This document shows, piece by piece, positions 13,534 to 25,661 of a stretch of 64,000 nucleotides of DNA. The stretch is from assembly GCA_001661245.1 (NCBI GenBank), contig KV454013.1, positions 776,502 through 840,501 on the forward strand, in the 5' to 3' direction. Numbering within the stretch: position 1 is the stretch's first letter; each line of letters opens with the position of its first letter. Below the pieces are notes generated by a model, which searched no databases, was not told the origin of the DNA, and was given only the letters and a program-made list of their open reading frames with translations. The translations under genes were made by a program, and so were the position numbers. The stretch comes from Pachysolen tannophilus NRRL Y-2460. Its lineage: Eukaryota.

Positions 13534-15345
13534 TCAAATACTATCGCTTTGTCTTCCTATAACTGTCAATCCATTTCTAATTTTTGCATTTGAAGTACAT
13601 CTATTATTACCATAAACTTCTAAAATTTTTAAATTTGGGCAACATTTATTTAATATTTCAATAACTTTATCATCGCAAGATCTTACAAATCCTAAATCTA
13701 AGACAGTTAATAATTTCAAATAATTTTTTTGGAAAAACCCTGAATTCCAAAAATTTGAAGTAATTTTATTTACTGAATTTAAATTTAATTCAATCAAAGT
13801 TAAGCATGAATGTTTTAGCATTGCTGCAATGGATTCATCAGTTAATGAGATACATCTTCTGAAACTTATATACATGAGGCCATCATTGATATCCCAGTCA
13901 GTGAATAATTGAACCATCCCATTATCAGTTACTTGATCTAATAAACCTAAGGATAATTTTCTTAATTTTGAACAAAATGGTTTAATTCCAGTAATAAGAA
14001 AATTATCAGTTAAATTTGAACAACCATCTAAAATTAAATCTTCTAATGATTCACCATTAACACTTAATAAGTTAATCAACATTGCATCATCAATTAATTC
14101 TTCTTTATGAGGATACGATATCTCTAAATGTTGCAAATTAGTTAAATAATGTGGTAAAAGTTCATATATAACTTTTGAATCTAAACCATCTAATCTAGAT
14201 AATTTTAAATGAGTGAAATTTTCACCACCACAATTTTCTAATAAACTTATAAGAGAATCATTAAGAAATCTATGAGTATTGGCAATTTCAAAACTTTGTA
14301 AATTATGACCAATTTTTTCGAAAAAACTTTGCCATGTTGAATCACTTATCAAGAAAGGTCCATTTAATGAAATATGTTTTAATTTTTTCAAATTTGTTGC
14401 AAAATATTCTAAATTATCATTATGTAATTGTCCACACATTTCTAAAGATAATTTCTCTATATTTGGACAATAAGCAGCAATTTTATTTAAAGAACTACTA
14501 TCAATATTTGAACAATCCCAAAATTCCAATTCTTTTAAATTTGACATTAAAAATAATGTCATTGTTTTATCATTTAAAGATCTATTTTTGGATAAAATTT
14601 TACCAATTTTATTCATATTTATTAAACCAATATCACCAAATGCTTCAACATCATCAATATTTTTAGAAATTAATTTTATACAAATATCTTGTAATGTTGG
14701 AATTTTAAAATCTTGTCTATCCAACAACAGAGCAGCCATCTTCTTTCTTTTTTTTCTAGCATTAATCTCATTTTTTCTTTTAGATTTTTCTTTTCTAATT
14801 TCTTCTTCAGCACAATCATTACATAAATAACCAGTTTTACCATTTTTAATAAATTTTTTTGAATAAACATTTACTTTAAATTTAGCCTTACATTCAACAC
14901 AATTTGTTAATTCTCCTTGAAATGGCCTCTTTACTGTACTCGGAGTATTTCCATATTCACCATCGGCATCATCACTATCGGTATATTCACCAAGATCATC
15001 GTTATCTTCATCATCTCCCAAGTTCCTACGACGAGCAGCTCTTCTTTTCCTTCTCGAAGCAATACGAATCTCCTGAGTTTCAACATCTTCATCTTTTTCC
15101 TCTTCCAACTCTTCCCGAGACAGTTGCCGTTCTTCTAAATCCAGTACTAAGCCTTGTAAAACACCACTACTATTACCACCATTCTCTTCTTCTTCTATTT
15201 CCGCCACTTCTTCACCGCGCAATCTTTGTAAATGCCTTTCTCTTATAGTGTTTGCATTAATACCTTGTTCTTGCAAAAAAGCAGTCAAGGCACTATTTGG
15301 GCCCCTAACTTCATTATTACTACTTCTATTGTTTCTTCTAGGCAT
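13534..15345 (-). CDS. RAD7: Global-genome NER leucine-rich-repeat protein Rad7
   Basis: N-terminal VRGPNSALTAFL, IPTLQDICIKLI, LSKNRSLND, LRR array, ends LEVYGNNRC...IGRQSDSI. Confidence 0.95.
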   Translation of the reverse strand: MPRRNNRSSNNEVRGPNSALTAFLQEQGINANTIRERHLQRLRGEEVAEIEEEENGGNSSGVLQGLVLDLEERQLSREELEEEKDEDVETQEIRIASRRKRRAARRRNLGDDEDNDDLGEYTDSDDADGEYGNTPSTVKRPFQGELTNCVECKAKFKVNVYSKKFIKNGKTGYLCNDCAEEEIRKEKSKRKNEINARKKRKKMAALLLDRQDFKIPTLQDICIKLISKNIDDVEAFGDIGLINMNKIGKILSKNRSLNDKTMTLFLMSNLKELEFWDCSNIDSSSLNKIAAYCPNIEKLSLEMCGQLHNDNLEYFATNLKKLKHISLNGPFLISDSTWQSFFEKIGHNLQSFEIANTHRFLNDSLISLLENCGGENFTHLKLSRLDGLDSKVIYELLPHYLTNLQHLEISYPHKEELIDDAMLINLLSVNGESLEDLILDGCSNLTDNFLITGIKPFCSKLRKLSLGLLDQVTDNGMVQLFTDWDINDGLMYISFRRCISLTDESIAAMLKHSCLTLIELNLNSVNKITSNFWNSGFFQKNYLKLLTVLDLGFVRSCDDKVIEILNKCCPNLKILEVYGNNRCTSNAKIRNGLTVIGRQSDSI

Positions 15346-15545
15346 ATTGTAGAGAAGAGAAATAATAAAAAAAAAAAAAATCTAATAGCAAACTAATAAA
15401 ATTACTTCTTCTACTGATGATGACTAACTACGTAATGATTCCATCTATCTATCTATCTATCTTTCTATCTTTCTAATTAGGTCATTTTTCATATATTAAA
15501 GCTAATTGAAAATAGTACACGACAATTATTTAATTATATAAGAAT

Positions 15546-17693
15546 TTAAAGGTTTCCCAGCTTTAACAATTCAGCAAATTCATCTTCCAAGTTTGGATAT
15601 TTGATTGCTAAATTTGCCTTTTCAACGTTTTTAAAAGTAGGGAGTAGTGGTACTTCTTCTGGTATATGTGAGTTCAAATTACAGTAATGATCTTCGAAAT
15701 CTATTCTATTTGTGATTATTGGTTTTGATTCTGTTTCTATTCCTGGATGTCCATTTTCTTTTAATAATTCTTTATCTACTGTATCATCTTTTAAAATTTT
15801 CCTTGCCTTTGAGAAAGTTCTTTGATGATAAAATGATTCATCATCAATTTCCAATAACATTTTTATTAAATTTGAGCGAGAAGAAATCAAATTATCATAT
15901 GAAGAATTTTTAAAATTAAAATTATTTGAAATTCTAATGAAAAATTCCACTATAATTGGTGGTAATTCTGAATATAATTTTATATATGTTATAATATTAT
16001 TCAAATTTTTCAAATTATTACAATAACATATTTCAAATTTTAAGAAAAAAATCCAAAATTCAACATTTAATTTCATTAAATTATTTTGATAATTTTTTAA
16101 AAAAAAATCTCTTGTTAAATTTTTATCATTTAATTTAAACCATAAATATTCTATAATTTCAATTGTTAATAAAGGAATTAATTTATCCAAGATTTCTTGT
16201 GAATTTATTGATGAAATAAGTTTATGAAATATTGAATCATTTGGTAATTTTTGTAAAATAGATGATTTTAAATCTTTAAAATTTTTTTTTTCTATTATAA
16301 CTTGTTGTTGTTTTAAACCATTATCCAATTTTTTACGTTTTTTATCTTGATGTAAAATTTCTTCTTCATTATTAATTATTTGATCATTAATCCCATTTTC
16401 TAACATGATTTTACAAAAATCAATAAATTTCAGATCATCATTTATAAATCTTTTCAAAAATTTTATTAATTTAATTAAAATTTCAATTTCAAATTTATTA
16501 TTTTTAATTGAAATTTTTAAAATATTTAAATAAATTTGAAAACTTTCATCTTTTAAATTTAATCTTTCTAGATATAAAGCATACATCAATCTTAAATTAT
16601 TAAATTCAATTGGAATAAATAAATTACAACCTCTTTCAAAAATTGATTTTATTTCTTGTATTGAATCATTTTCATTTTTAATAAACCATTTTAAATATTT
16701 TATCCAAAATTTTTCATAAAATGCCAATGGAATTAAACATCTTTCATATAATGATTTAATTTGTTCATGATCACCTTGAGATTCTTCAAAATCAAGATAT
16801 TCTATCCAAATTGAAATTTCTGAATCTTTTATTGGTACTAAATTAAAATAATTTGTTGATAATTTTGATTCATATTTCCATCTTGCATTTGTTGCATCTT
16901 TAGTTTTATTAAAAATTTTTAAAAAAAATTCATCGATCTTAGATTCATCAATATTTTCTTCTTCATTTATTAATTGATTTGAAGTAAAATTTTCTTTAAT
17001 TTCATAAAATTTATTAAAATATTTTGCATATTGATGTAATGGTAATTTTATTATTTTTAATAATATTTTTAAATATTCTAATGATTTTTCTCCATAAATA
17101 TTTGCTAAATATTCCAAATATTTATCCCATAATGGATGACTTAAATATTGTCTACCACAATTATCTAAACTTTGTTCAAAAAGATTTATCATAAATTCGG
17201 TATTATCATTATGTAATTTATTCTCCAAGATAATATTTAAATAATCCAACCATAAATCTATAGAATTAGGAAACATATCTAAAGATCTTTGTAAAATTTT
17301 CACACAACTATTCAATCCATTCATCTTTAATTCAATAGAAACATATTTCTTCCAATACCCAAAAAATAATGGAAATCTAGATAATAATTGATCAAAATTA
17401 ACATGTACTAATTTTTTAAACCTATCATCAACTTTACCCTTATTAGAAATTTCATTGTCAACAATGTACTCCAACACATCAAGAAGTTTCTCCCAACTAC
17501 CAATATCATTCTTATTCCCATCAACAAGCGCCTTGGCTTCTGAATACTGTAAATACTCTCCTCGAACAAAATCATTCAACTCATCATCATCACCATTATT
17601 TATACCTTTCGCATCAATCGACTTACTATCAATTGATTTACCATCCTGCATCTCCAGATAATCTGACACAAAACTCAAACCATCCTCAAACAT
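15546..17693 (-). CDS. PRP39: U1 snRNP HAT-repeat protein Prp39 (Prp39/Prp42 family)
   Basis: RFPLFFGYWKKY, FPNSIDLW, GRQYLSHPLWDKYLE, LYERCLIP, C-terminal NGHPG and LPTFKNVEKAN. ATG at 17693. Confidence 0.85.
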   Translation of the reverse strand: MFEDGLSFVSDYLEMQDGKSIDSKSIDAKGINNGDDDELNDFVRGEYLQYSEAKALVDGNKNDIGSWEKLLDVLEYIVDNEISNKGKVDDRFKKLVHVNFDQLLSRFPLFFGYWKKYVSIELKMNGLNSCVKILQRSLDMFPNSIDLWLDYLNIILENKLHNDNTEFMINLFEQSLDNCGRQYLSHPLWDKYLEYLANIYGEKSLEYLKILLKIIKLPLHQYAKYFNKFYEIKENFTSNQLINEEENIDESKIDEFFLKIFNKTKDATNARWKYESKLSTNYFNLVPIKDSEISIWIEYLDFEESQGDHEQIKSLYERCLIPLAFYEKFWIKYLKWFIKNENDSIQEIKSIFERGCNLFIPIEFNNLRLMYALYLERLNLKDESFQIYLNILKISIKNNKFEIEILIKLIKFLKRFINDDLKFIDFCKIMLENGINDQIINNEEEILHQDKKRKKLDNGLKQQQVIIEKKNFKDLKSSILQKLPNDSIFHKLISSINSQEILDKLIPLLTIEIIEYLWFKLNDKNLTRDFFLKNYQNNLMKLNVEFWIFFLKFEICYCNNLKNLNNIITYIKLYSELPPIIVEFFIRISNNFNFKNSSYDNLISSRSNLIKMLLEIDDESFYHQRTFSKARKILKDDTVDKELLKENGHPGIETESKPIITNRIDFEDHYCNLNSHIPEEVPLLPTFKNVEKANLAIKYPNLEDEFAELLKLGNL

Positions 17694-17906
17694 GACCTCA
17701 ACAACAACAACAAAAAAACAGCTCAATAACTCTATCACTCACTCACTTTACTCATTCATTCATTAACCTTATATCAATCTCTTTCAATTTCCTTCCCATG
17801 AAAACGAAAATGACCCAAAATGACCCAAAAAAGTAAAAGAAGAAGAAAAAAATTGGGTCGTGTTGTGGACCACTAAAGTTTGTGTTGGTTCATTCGTTCA
17901 ATCTGT

Positions 17907-17915
17907 TTTTGCCAC
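17907..17915. promoter_or_regulatory. Rpn4/PACE-like element (TTTTGCCAC) upstream of RAD23
   Basis: Near-consensus to GGTGGCAAA on the minus strand, ~125 bp upstream of RAD23, an established Rpn4 target in S. cerevisiae. Confidence 0.45.
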
Positions 17916-18038
17916 ATCCAAACATTTTGTAATGTAGATCGGTTAAGTTGATGAAGAGATGATTTGAATTGATATAAGTTTAAAGTTATAGTCAGAGTAT
18001 AGAAGAAGTGTATTACTTTTTCTTTGTATATATTGATA

Positions 18039-19310
18039 ATGCAAGTTATATTTAAGGATTTTAAAAAGGAAAAGATTCCAATTGAATTAGAGTTGTCGGA
18101 TACAGTGTTGAGTGTTAAGGAAAAATTGGGTGCAATTAAGAAATGTGATACAGATCAGTTAAAATTTGTATACAGTGGTAAAGTTTTACAAGATGATAAA
18201 ACTTTTGAGAATTTTAAAGTTAAAGAGAATGATCAGATTATTTTTATGATTTCTAAGCTGAAGAAACAAGTTTCTGGTGGGGCTAGTGCTAGTGAGCCTC
18301 CGGCAGTTCAAAAGACAAATGCAAGTTTATCGAACGCTCAAGAAGGAACATCTGAAGGAACATCTCAAGGAACGTCAACAGTAAGGCCAGCAGGGTCTCT
18401 GCTGCCTCTGGAGTCGCTGCTGTCTCTGCTATCTCTGCTGGAAGGCGAAGGTGAACAAAATTTTGATGCTTCTACTTTTGCTGTAGGAAGTTCAAGAGAG
18501 AGTGCAATCAAAAATATCATGGAAATGGGTTATGAAAGAAGTCAAGTAGAAAGGGCTTTAAGAGCAGCTTTTAATAATCCAGATAGAGCAGTTGAGTACT
18601 TGTTGACGGGAATTCCTGAAAATTTATCTCATGCTGAACAACAAGGCCTGGGAAATCAACAACAGCAAGAATCCCAAGAACAACAGCAACATCACGATGC
18701 AACAGGTGAGGGTTCGGCAGCAGTAGCACCAGCAGCTGCAGCAGATCCCTCGTCTGCTGGCGCGCCGGGAGCAACTTCTCTGTCCACAGATGCATCTGCT
18801 GCCACGGGAGGAAGAACAGCGGCAGGTAACTTGTTTGAACAAGCAGCAGCAGCAGCAGCAGCAGCTGCTGCTTCTCCATCAGGTTCTACGGGTCAAGGTG
18901 CAGTTCAAGCACCAGAAGGATCTCAATTAGAACATTTACACCAATTAAGAGAAGTTTTACAAACACATCCAGAAATGATTGAATATGTCTTACAACAAAT
19001 TGCTACTCAAAATCCTCAATTAGCCCAATTAATTCAAGAAAATCCAGAAGAATTCGTGAGGCTAATGTTAGAAGGTTCAAATGGTGAAGATCTCGAAGAA
19101 CTTATGGGTCCTGCTGGTGAAGGTGTTGGCGAAGAAGGTGAAGAAGGAGGTGTAAGAATTGCAATTACTCAAGATGAAGAAGCTGCCATTAATAGATTAT
19201 GTGAATTGGGGTTTGATCGTAATTTGGTCATCCAGGTTTATTTTGCTTGTGATAAAAATGAAGAAATGGCTGCTGATGTATTATTTAGTGAACAGATGGA
19301 TCAAGATTAA
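18039..19310 (+). CDS. RAD23: UBL-UBA-XPCB-UBA excision repair / proteasome shuttle protein Rad23
   Basis: N-terminal UBL ([11 protein letters not shown]), UBA1 ([33 protein letters not shown]), UBA2 ([24 protein letters not shown]). ATG at 18039. Confidence 0.97.
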   Translation: MQVIFKDFKKEKIPIELELSDTVLSVKEKLGAIKKCDTDQLKFVYSGKVLQDDKTFENFKVKENDQIIFMISKLKKQVSGGASASEPPAVQKTNASLSNAQEGTSEGTSQGTSTVRPAGSLLPLESLLSLLSLLEGEGEQNFDASTFAVGSSRESAIKNIMEMGYERSQVERALRAAFNNPDRAVEYLLTGIPENLSHAEQQGLGNQQQQESQEQQQHHDATGEGSAAVAPAAAADPSSAGAPGATSLSTDASAATGGRTAAGNLFEQAAAAAAAAAASPSGSTGQGAVQAPEGSQLEHLHQLREVLQTHPEMIEYVLQQIATQNPQLAQLIQENPEEFVRLMLEGSNGEDLEELMGPAGEGVGEEGEEGGVRIAITQDEEAAINRLCELGFDRNLVIQVYFACDKNEEMAADVLFSEQMDQD

Positions 19311-19587
19311 AAGCAATTGATATACTTTTGTTTTTTACCCTTTTAATCTTTTTCTTCTTTTTTTTTCATTACTATTTTATTTTATCTTTTTTTTTATTTT
19401 GCACTTTCACCCTGTATTGTAAGTGGAATAAGAACGAAAAGAAATATATATTACAACAGTCTTCCCTCTCATTTTAGTTTAATTTTATTAATCTGCTTTT
19501 TTCTTTTATTTTTGGGGAATAATTATTTAAAGCAAAGTAAAGCAAAGCAAAGCAAAGAAAAAAAAAAAAAAAAAAAAATTACAAGAG

Positions 19588-20364
19588 TTATACAAGATTA
19601 TTAAAACTATAAATCAACTTATAATTTTCCTTATCGTCTTTGCTTAATTCCAGATTACCATCTCGAACAACGATAATACTGTTGATTCCAACGTGTAAAG
19701 CATTTTTCAGCTCATTTACATTATCGGTTAAAAATAAGATTTCCTCAGGACTATGACCAATTATGTCGATAATCTTACTATAACTCTTACTCTCAACTTT
19801 TGATCCAACATTGATAGTATCAAAATAATCTGAAATGTACTTGTTCAAATTTAAAATTCCAGAATCTGCATCTGGATTGTTTGCTGCGTCAACATGTCCT
19901 AATAATAATTTTTGAGCTCTAACGCTGCCTGAGGAATAAATGTACAATTTCTTACCTTCTTTTGACCATTTAACAATATTTTCAATAGCATCAGGATATA
20001 ATGGAGCTTTTAAATCCTTATTATGGTAACCAACTTGCCAAACAAAACCTTGTAATTCTTTTAAAACCGGTTGTTTTACATCCATTGAAACCAAATTTCT
20101 AATATACTTGTCTAACAGTTCATACGACGAACGGTATTCAGGTTGGAATTTAAGTAATATGTGATACATAAGTTCTTCATTCTCAGTTAAATCATTTGGA
20201 ATATTTTCAACAGTCAATGGGTACGGATATCTTCCCAAAACTTTTGGTAATCTAGATATAAAATAAGGGAAAAGTACCTCTTTAACAAAAGATATCGAAC
20301 AAATTGTTCCCTCAATATCGAGAACAATTGCCTTTACTGAAGCATTAACAGCCACTTGATACAT
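19588..20364 (-). CDS. UTR4: Enolase-phosphatase E1 (methionine salvage, HAD family)
   Basis: VLDIEGTICSISFVKEVLFPYF, LKELQGFVW, YIYSSGSVRAQKLL, ILFLTDN. Adjacent to RAD23 as in S. cerevisiae. Confidence 0.95.
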   Translation of the reverse strand: MYQVAVNASVKAIVLDIEGTICSISFVKEVLFPYFISRLPKVLGRYPYPLTVENIPNDLTENEELMYHILLKFQPEYRSSYELLDKYIRNLVSMDVKQPVLKELQGFVWQVGYHNKDLKAPLYPDAIENIVKWSKEGKKLYIYSSGSVRAQKLLLGHVDAANNPDADSGILNLNKYISDYFDTINVGSKVESKSYSKIIDIIGHSPEEILFLTDNVNELKNALHVGINSIIVVRDGNLELSKDDKENYKLIYSFNNLV

Positions 20365-20865
20365 TCTCAATTTGAAAACTTCGTTAAAGTTAATTGAGTA
20401 ATTAAGTAATTTAGTGTATAAATTGTTTCGTTCTTGGAAATTTCTCTTTACCTCCTTATATACATGAAAAATATAATTGCTTAATAGAAATGCATTTTTA
20501 TCTAGAAAATATTAATTACTTTCTTTACATTTCCAGAGCAGCAAGAGATTCTAGAATCATCAGTTATCCATGTGCAACTGTAGATAATCCTTGTCCAAAT
20601 CTTTGCTACGTGGCATTCAAATTGACTTTTAATAACATCATTCTATTGATTTAACTATACCAAAGGTCAAAAAAAAAAAGCAAAAGCAAAAGCAAAAGCA
20701 AAAAAAGAAAAAAAAAAAAAAAAAAAAAAAAAAAAGAAAAACGAAAAGAAAAAAGAAGATTAAAGAATGTTCACCAGCTGATTCTTCTCTATTGTAAGTT
20801 CTTTCAATTGTGTTCCTAGTGTTCCATTATTGGATTTCAGCAGAGTTATTCCTACGGTTGTAGAA

Positions 20866-23124
20866 TTAGCTTCCATTATAATTGTCACTTTCATGATCAT
20901 CTTCACTCTCTCGATTGTCTTTATCGTTATCATTATCGTCGTTATCCTGTTCTTTATAATTTTCCTTCCACGGTTGTTCTGTAGTTCCAAATATTTTTAT
21001 GCTACCAGTGCTACTTGTATTGCTGATATCACCAATATTGTTTCCTAGCTCGGAATCTGTGGTGAAATCATCATAGAAATCATTATCTTCTTCCTTTTGC
21101 TTGCTGATATCATCATAGGTATCACTGCCATAATCATCATCATCTTCAGAATCATCAACTGGGATTCGACCAATTCCTACTCCATCAATTAATTCCGAAA
21201 CCATTTCGATATCGGAATTAGTAAAATATGAATTTTTACGACCCCTAGGTGAATGTGAAGCTTTTCTTCTATTTGCAGCATCAGTTACAGCAGCTGATGA
21301 TGAAGCACGAATTTGCTCTCTTGTTCTCTTTTTACCCTTTTCAATACACCTTTCAATATTTAATCTGTGTTTAATAAATAGCAATTTTGGGAATACACTC
21401 AATTGTCCATTTCTTAACATTACACTTAATCTTTCCGGAGTCGGATCACTCAAGATATAATAAAAATCCACCAAATTAACTCTTGGCCATAGTGTAATAG
21501 TACCACTGAATCTTTGTAACCAAATATTTGACCAATCTTGGTTCATAATTCTAGGTAAGAGATCCATAGATTTGACTAATTTTAACCATTTTCTAATTTC
21601 TAATTTAATCAAATGTTCCAAAGTTGCCAAGAAAAATCCACCTCTTAAACTATCTTTACGTCTTCTAGTAACTGGTCTTCCTACAGAACCTTTAGGAGCA
21701 TAAAAAAATAAGGAAATATGCGGATTAACTTGACTAACAATTGTAAATTTCACATTGAAATAATTGTTTAATGCTTCTACTGGAATATCTGTTCTTAGAC
21801 TACCATCTCTCCATCTATTTCCAAAAGAAAATGGTACAATTTTATTTTTATCCTTTGTATCTTTCATCATAAGTACCACTGGATTCAAAATCCCTGGAAC
21901 CAGAGCACTTGCTAATAATGAAGACCAAATGACGCATCCTGGAGAAGTTATATTATTACACAAGATAACAGGTGAATGTGGATCACTTGGTACGGTAGAG
22001 ATATTTAAAATCTTACCAGTTCTTTCATAAGCTTCTTGGAAAGTTAAACTACCTTTTGTAAACCAAGCAGATTTCTTAGCCCAATCAACAGCATCAAATC
22101 TTGCTCCAGTTTTCCAAAATCTTTTCAAACAAACCCAAAGTGATTCATTACAAGCTGTAATCTTATTTGCCAAATCCGGTTGTAAAATTTTGGATAATTC
22201 TTCATTTGTTCTTGTACACAGTAATGCAGCAACTAGGCCTCCACCACTTGTACCTGAGATAATATTTGGTAGTAAGTCATTATCTATCAATGCTTTAATA
22301 ACACCAAAATGATTATAACAAAAACATGCACCACCAGAAAGGCATAAAGCAGTTTTACCATAATTTTTGCTAATAATTTTGAAAAAATTTTTTTTTGTAA
22401 TAAAGGAATTTCATCTGTTTCAATTATAAAATTTAATGAAGTTACAACTTCATGATTATAAATTTCTATTAAATTTTTTGTACCATAATAACAATTTGAA
22501 TATAATAAAGGATTTTCTGTTCCTGCAAAATTTTCCTTAACACAACTTTGTAAAATAGAGAATAATTCTTCAATTTTATTATTTTTTCTATAATATTTTA
22601 AATTTTTAACTGTCTTTTTCAAAGTTTTATAATCATAATAAAAAAATTTGTCATCATTTTTCCAAGAATCTAATCCTAAATATGAATCTAATTTTTTAGC
22701 ATTTTCTGTCCATTCTTCATAATTTTTTGAATTTCTAATTTTTTTTCTTAAATTTCTCTTTTGACCTCTCCAAGCAAATATTGTTTCATATAAAGCCACA
22801 TACATTCTTAAAATTAAATAAATGATAAATAAAAAAGAAATCCAACTGTAAATTAAAAATAATAAAGGAAATCTAAATAATTGAAAAGATTTCGAAAATC
22901 TAAGTTTATCAGAAGCTGAATTAGCATTATCACTAGAATTTAAATTAGAAACTTTAGCAGCAAAGCTAGCAGGTGATGAAATACCAGAACTTGGACTTGA
23001 AGATGATGAACCTAAAAATTTATCTTTTTTCTTTAATTTCTTATATACTGGTAACCAATCATGATTACTAGTAATAAGCTCAACAGGATTTCCATTTGTA
23101 TCTGTCACTGAAGCCTTTCTTTGC

Positions 23125-23160
<36 letters not shown>

Positions 23161-23348
23161 TTACCACCAAATCCATCATGATGACCACCTGAACCGATTT
23201 CTGAACTAGGGGTTTGATACCCAGAAGGTTCATCCTCATATTCAAGAGCTTCCGCAAACAGCTTCATATGGGACTCATCAACAAAATCTGTTTCATAATC
23301 AGGTATACCATTATCACTATCTCTATTATCAAGTTTTCTTATATCCAT
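20866..23348 (-). CDS. Patatin-like triacylglycerol lipase (Tgl3/4/5-related), frameshifted in this assembly at ~22382-22396
   Basis: Two ORFs join with a -1 shift, restoring FFKIISKNYGKTALCLSGGACFCYNHFGVIKAL-IDNDLLPNIISGTSGGG (oxyanion and GxSxG motifs) and RDGS. N-terminal TM helix is present. Confidence 0.9.
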
Positions 23349-24401
23349 CTACAACAATGAAATCAATACAAAGCAAACAAAATTTATAAGCAGTTTTCAT
23401 GAAAACTAAATAAATAAAAACAATATGTAGATGTTTAATACTATTAGGTTTATGATTTATTTTTTTTGCTTTAATCTCTCTGTGCAGCAGCACCTAAATA
23501 GATTAATATGGGCATATAAGATAAAGGGTGGATGGAAGATTTGGGCAGGCAAAAGAATAAAAAGAGGGAAATAAAAAATTTTAGGCGGGCAGCTCCGCCA
23601 GATATCCCGCCCAGTCTCAAGCAGACCTTAAATTGGGACACAAGAGACATAGAGGACACTCAAAGGACACAGAATTCAGTTCTGAAGAACAGTTTTTAGG
23701 GGCTTTCAGAACATCAATTAAAATAAAGTTTTCCCCAGAGCCCCTATTGGATATTATATTTTTTTTCTTTCAATCAATACAAGGGCTGCAAACGGTAAAA
23801 TGTATTTTTATTCCCAAAACAGCAGAAAGAGTTTGCTTACAAATGTATGCATCGAACTAACGAAAACAGATATTTTTTCCGAGACTAGTTAGTTAGTAAT
23901 CTTAATCTTTTTGTTTTTTTTCACGCGGTATAGCTGCTACTGCTACTGTTTTTACTACTACAAGAAAGAATATTGGATTCAAGGTCAAATTTCCGCCTAA
24001 TTTAATGGAGAAGTCCAATCAAATCCGGGAAAGTTTTTAAAAAAAATTCCCCGCCTAATTTTTCTTTTTTCTTTCTCTTTCTTTCTTTCTTTTATCGCCG
24101 CCAATTTTTCATTCAGTGGAGACGGTTTTTTTTATTTATTTAAATACTATTAAATATTGGATTGCTGCTCAATTAAGGAAAAAGTACCCGTTTTCAAATT
24201 ACTTTCTAGTTCTTTGAACCATTTGAACCAAAAATATTTATATTTTAATTATTTATATATCTGAATAATTTTAATTACCTTTTTTTTTTTTTTTTTTTCT
24301 TTCTAATTCTTTTTAAATTAAATAATTGAATTTGAATTGATTTTCAATCTAATTATTTTTTAAGTGATTATATATATATAATACATACTTTGAAATTAAA
24401 T

Positions 24402-25661
<1,260 letters not shown>

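Noticed and set aside
18399..18440. CUG=Ser (Candida code) or a leucine-rich NES in Rad23
   Set aside because: Diagnostic sites elsewhere (ASAAVPG, FSAME, EKA, poly-Ala) favour Ala over both Ser and Leu.
22287..23348. Separate 353-aa membrane protein gene
   Set aside because: It is the 5' half of the frameshifted patatin lipase.
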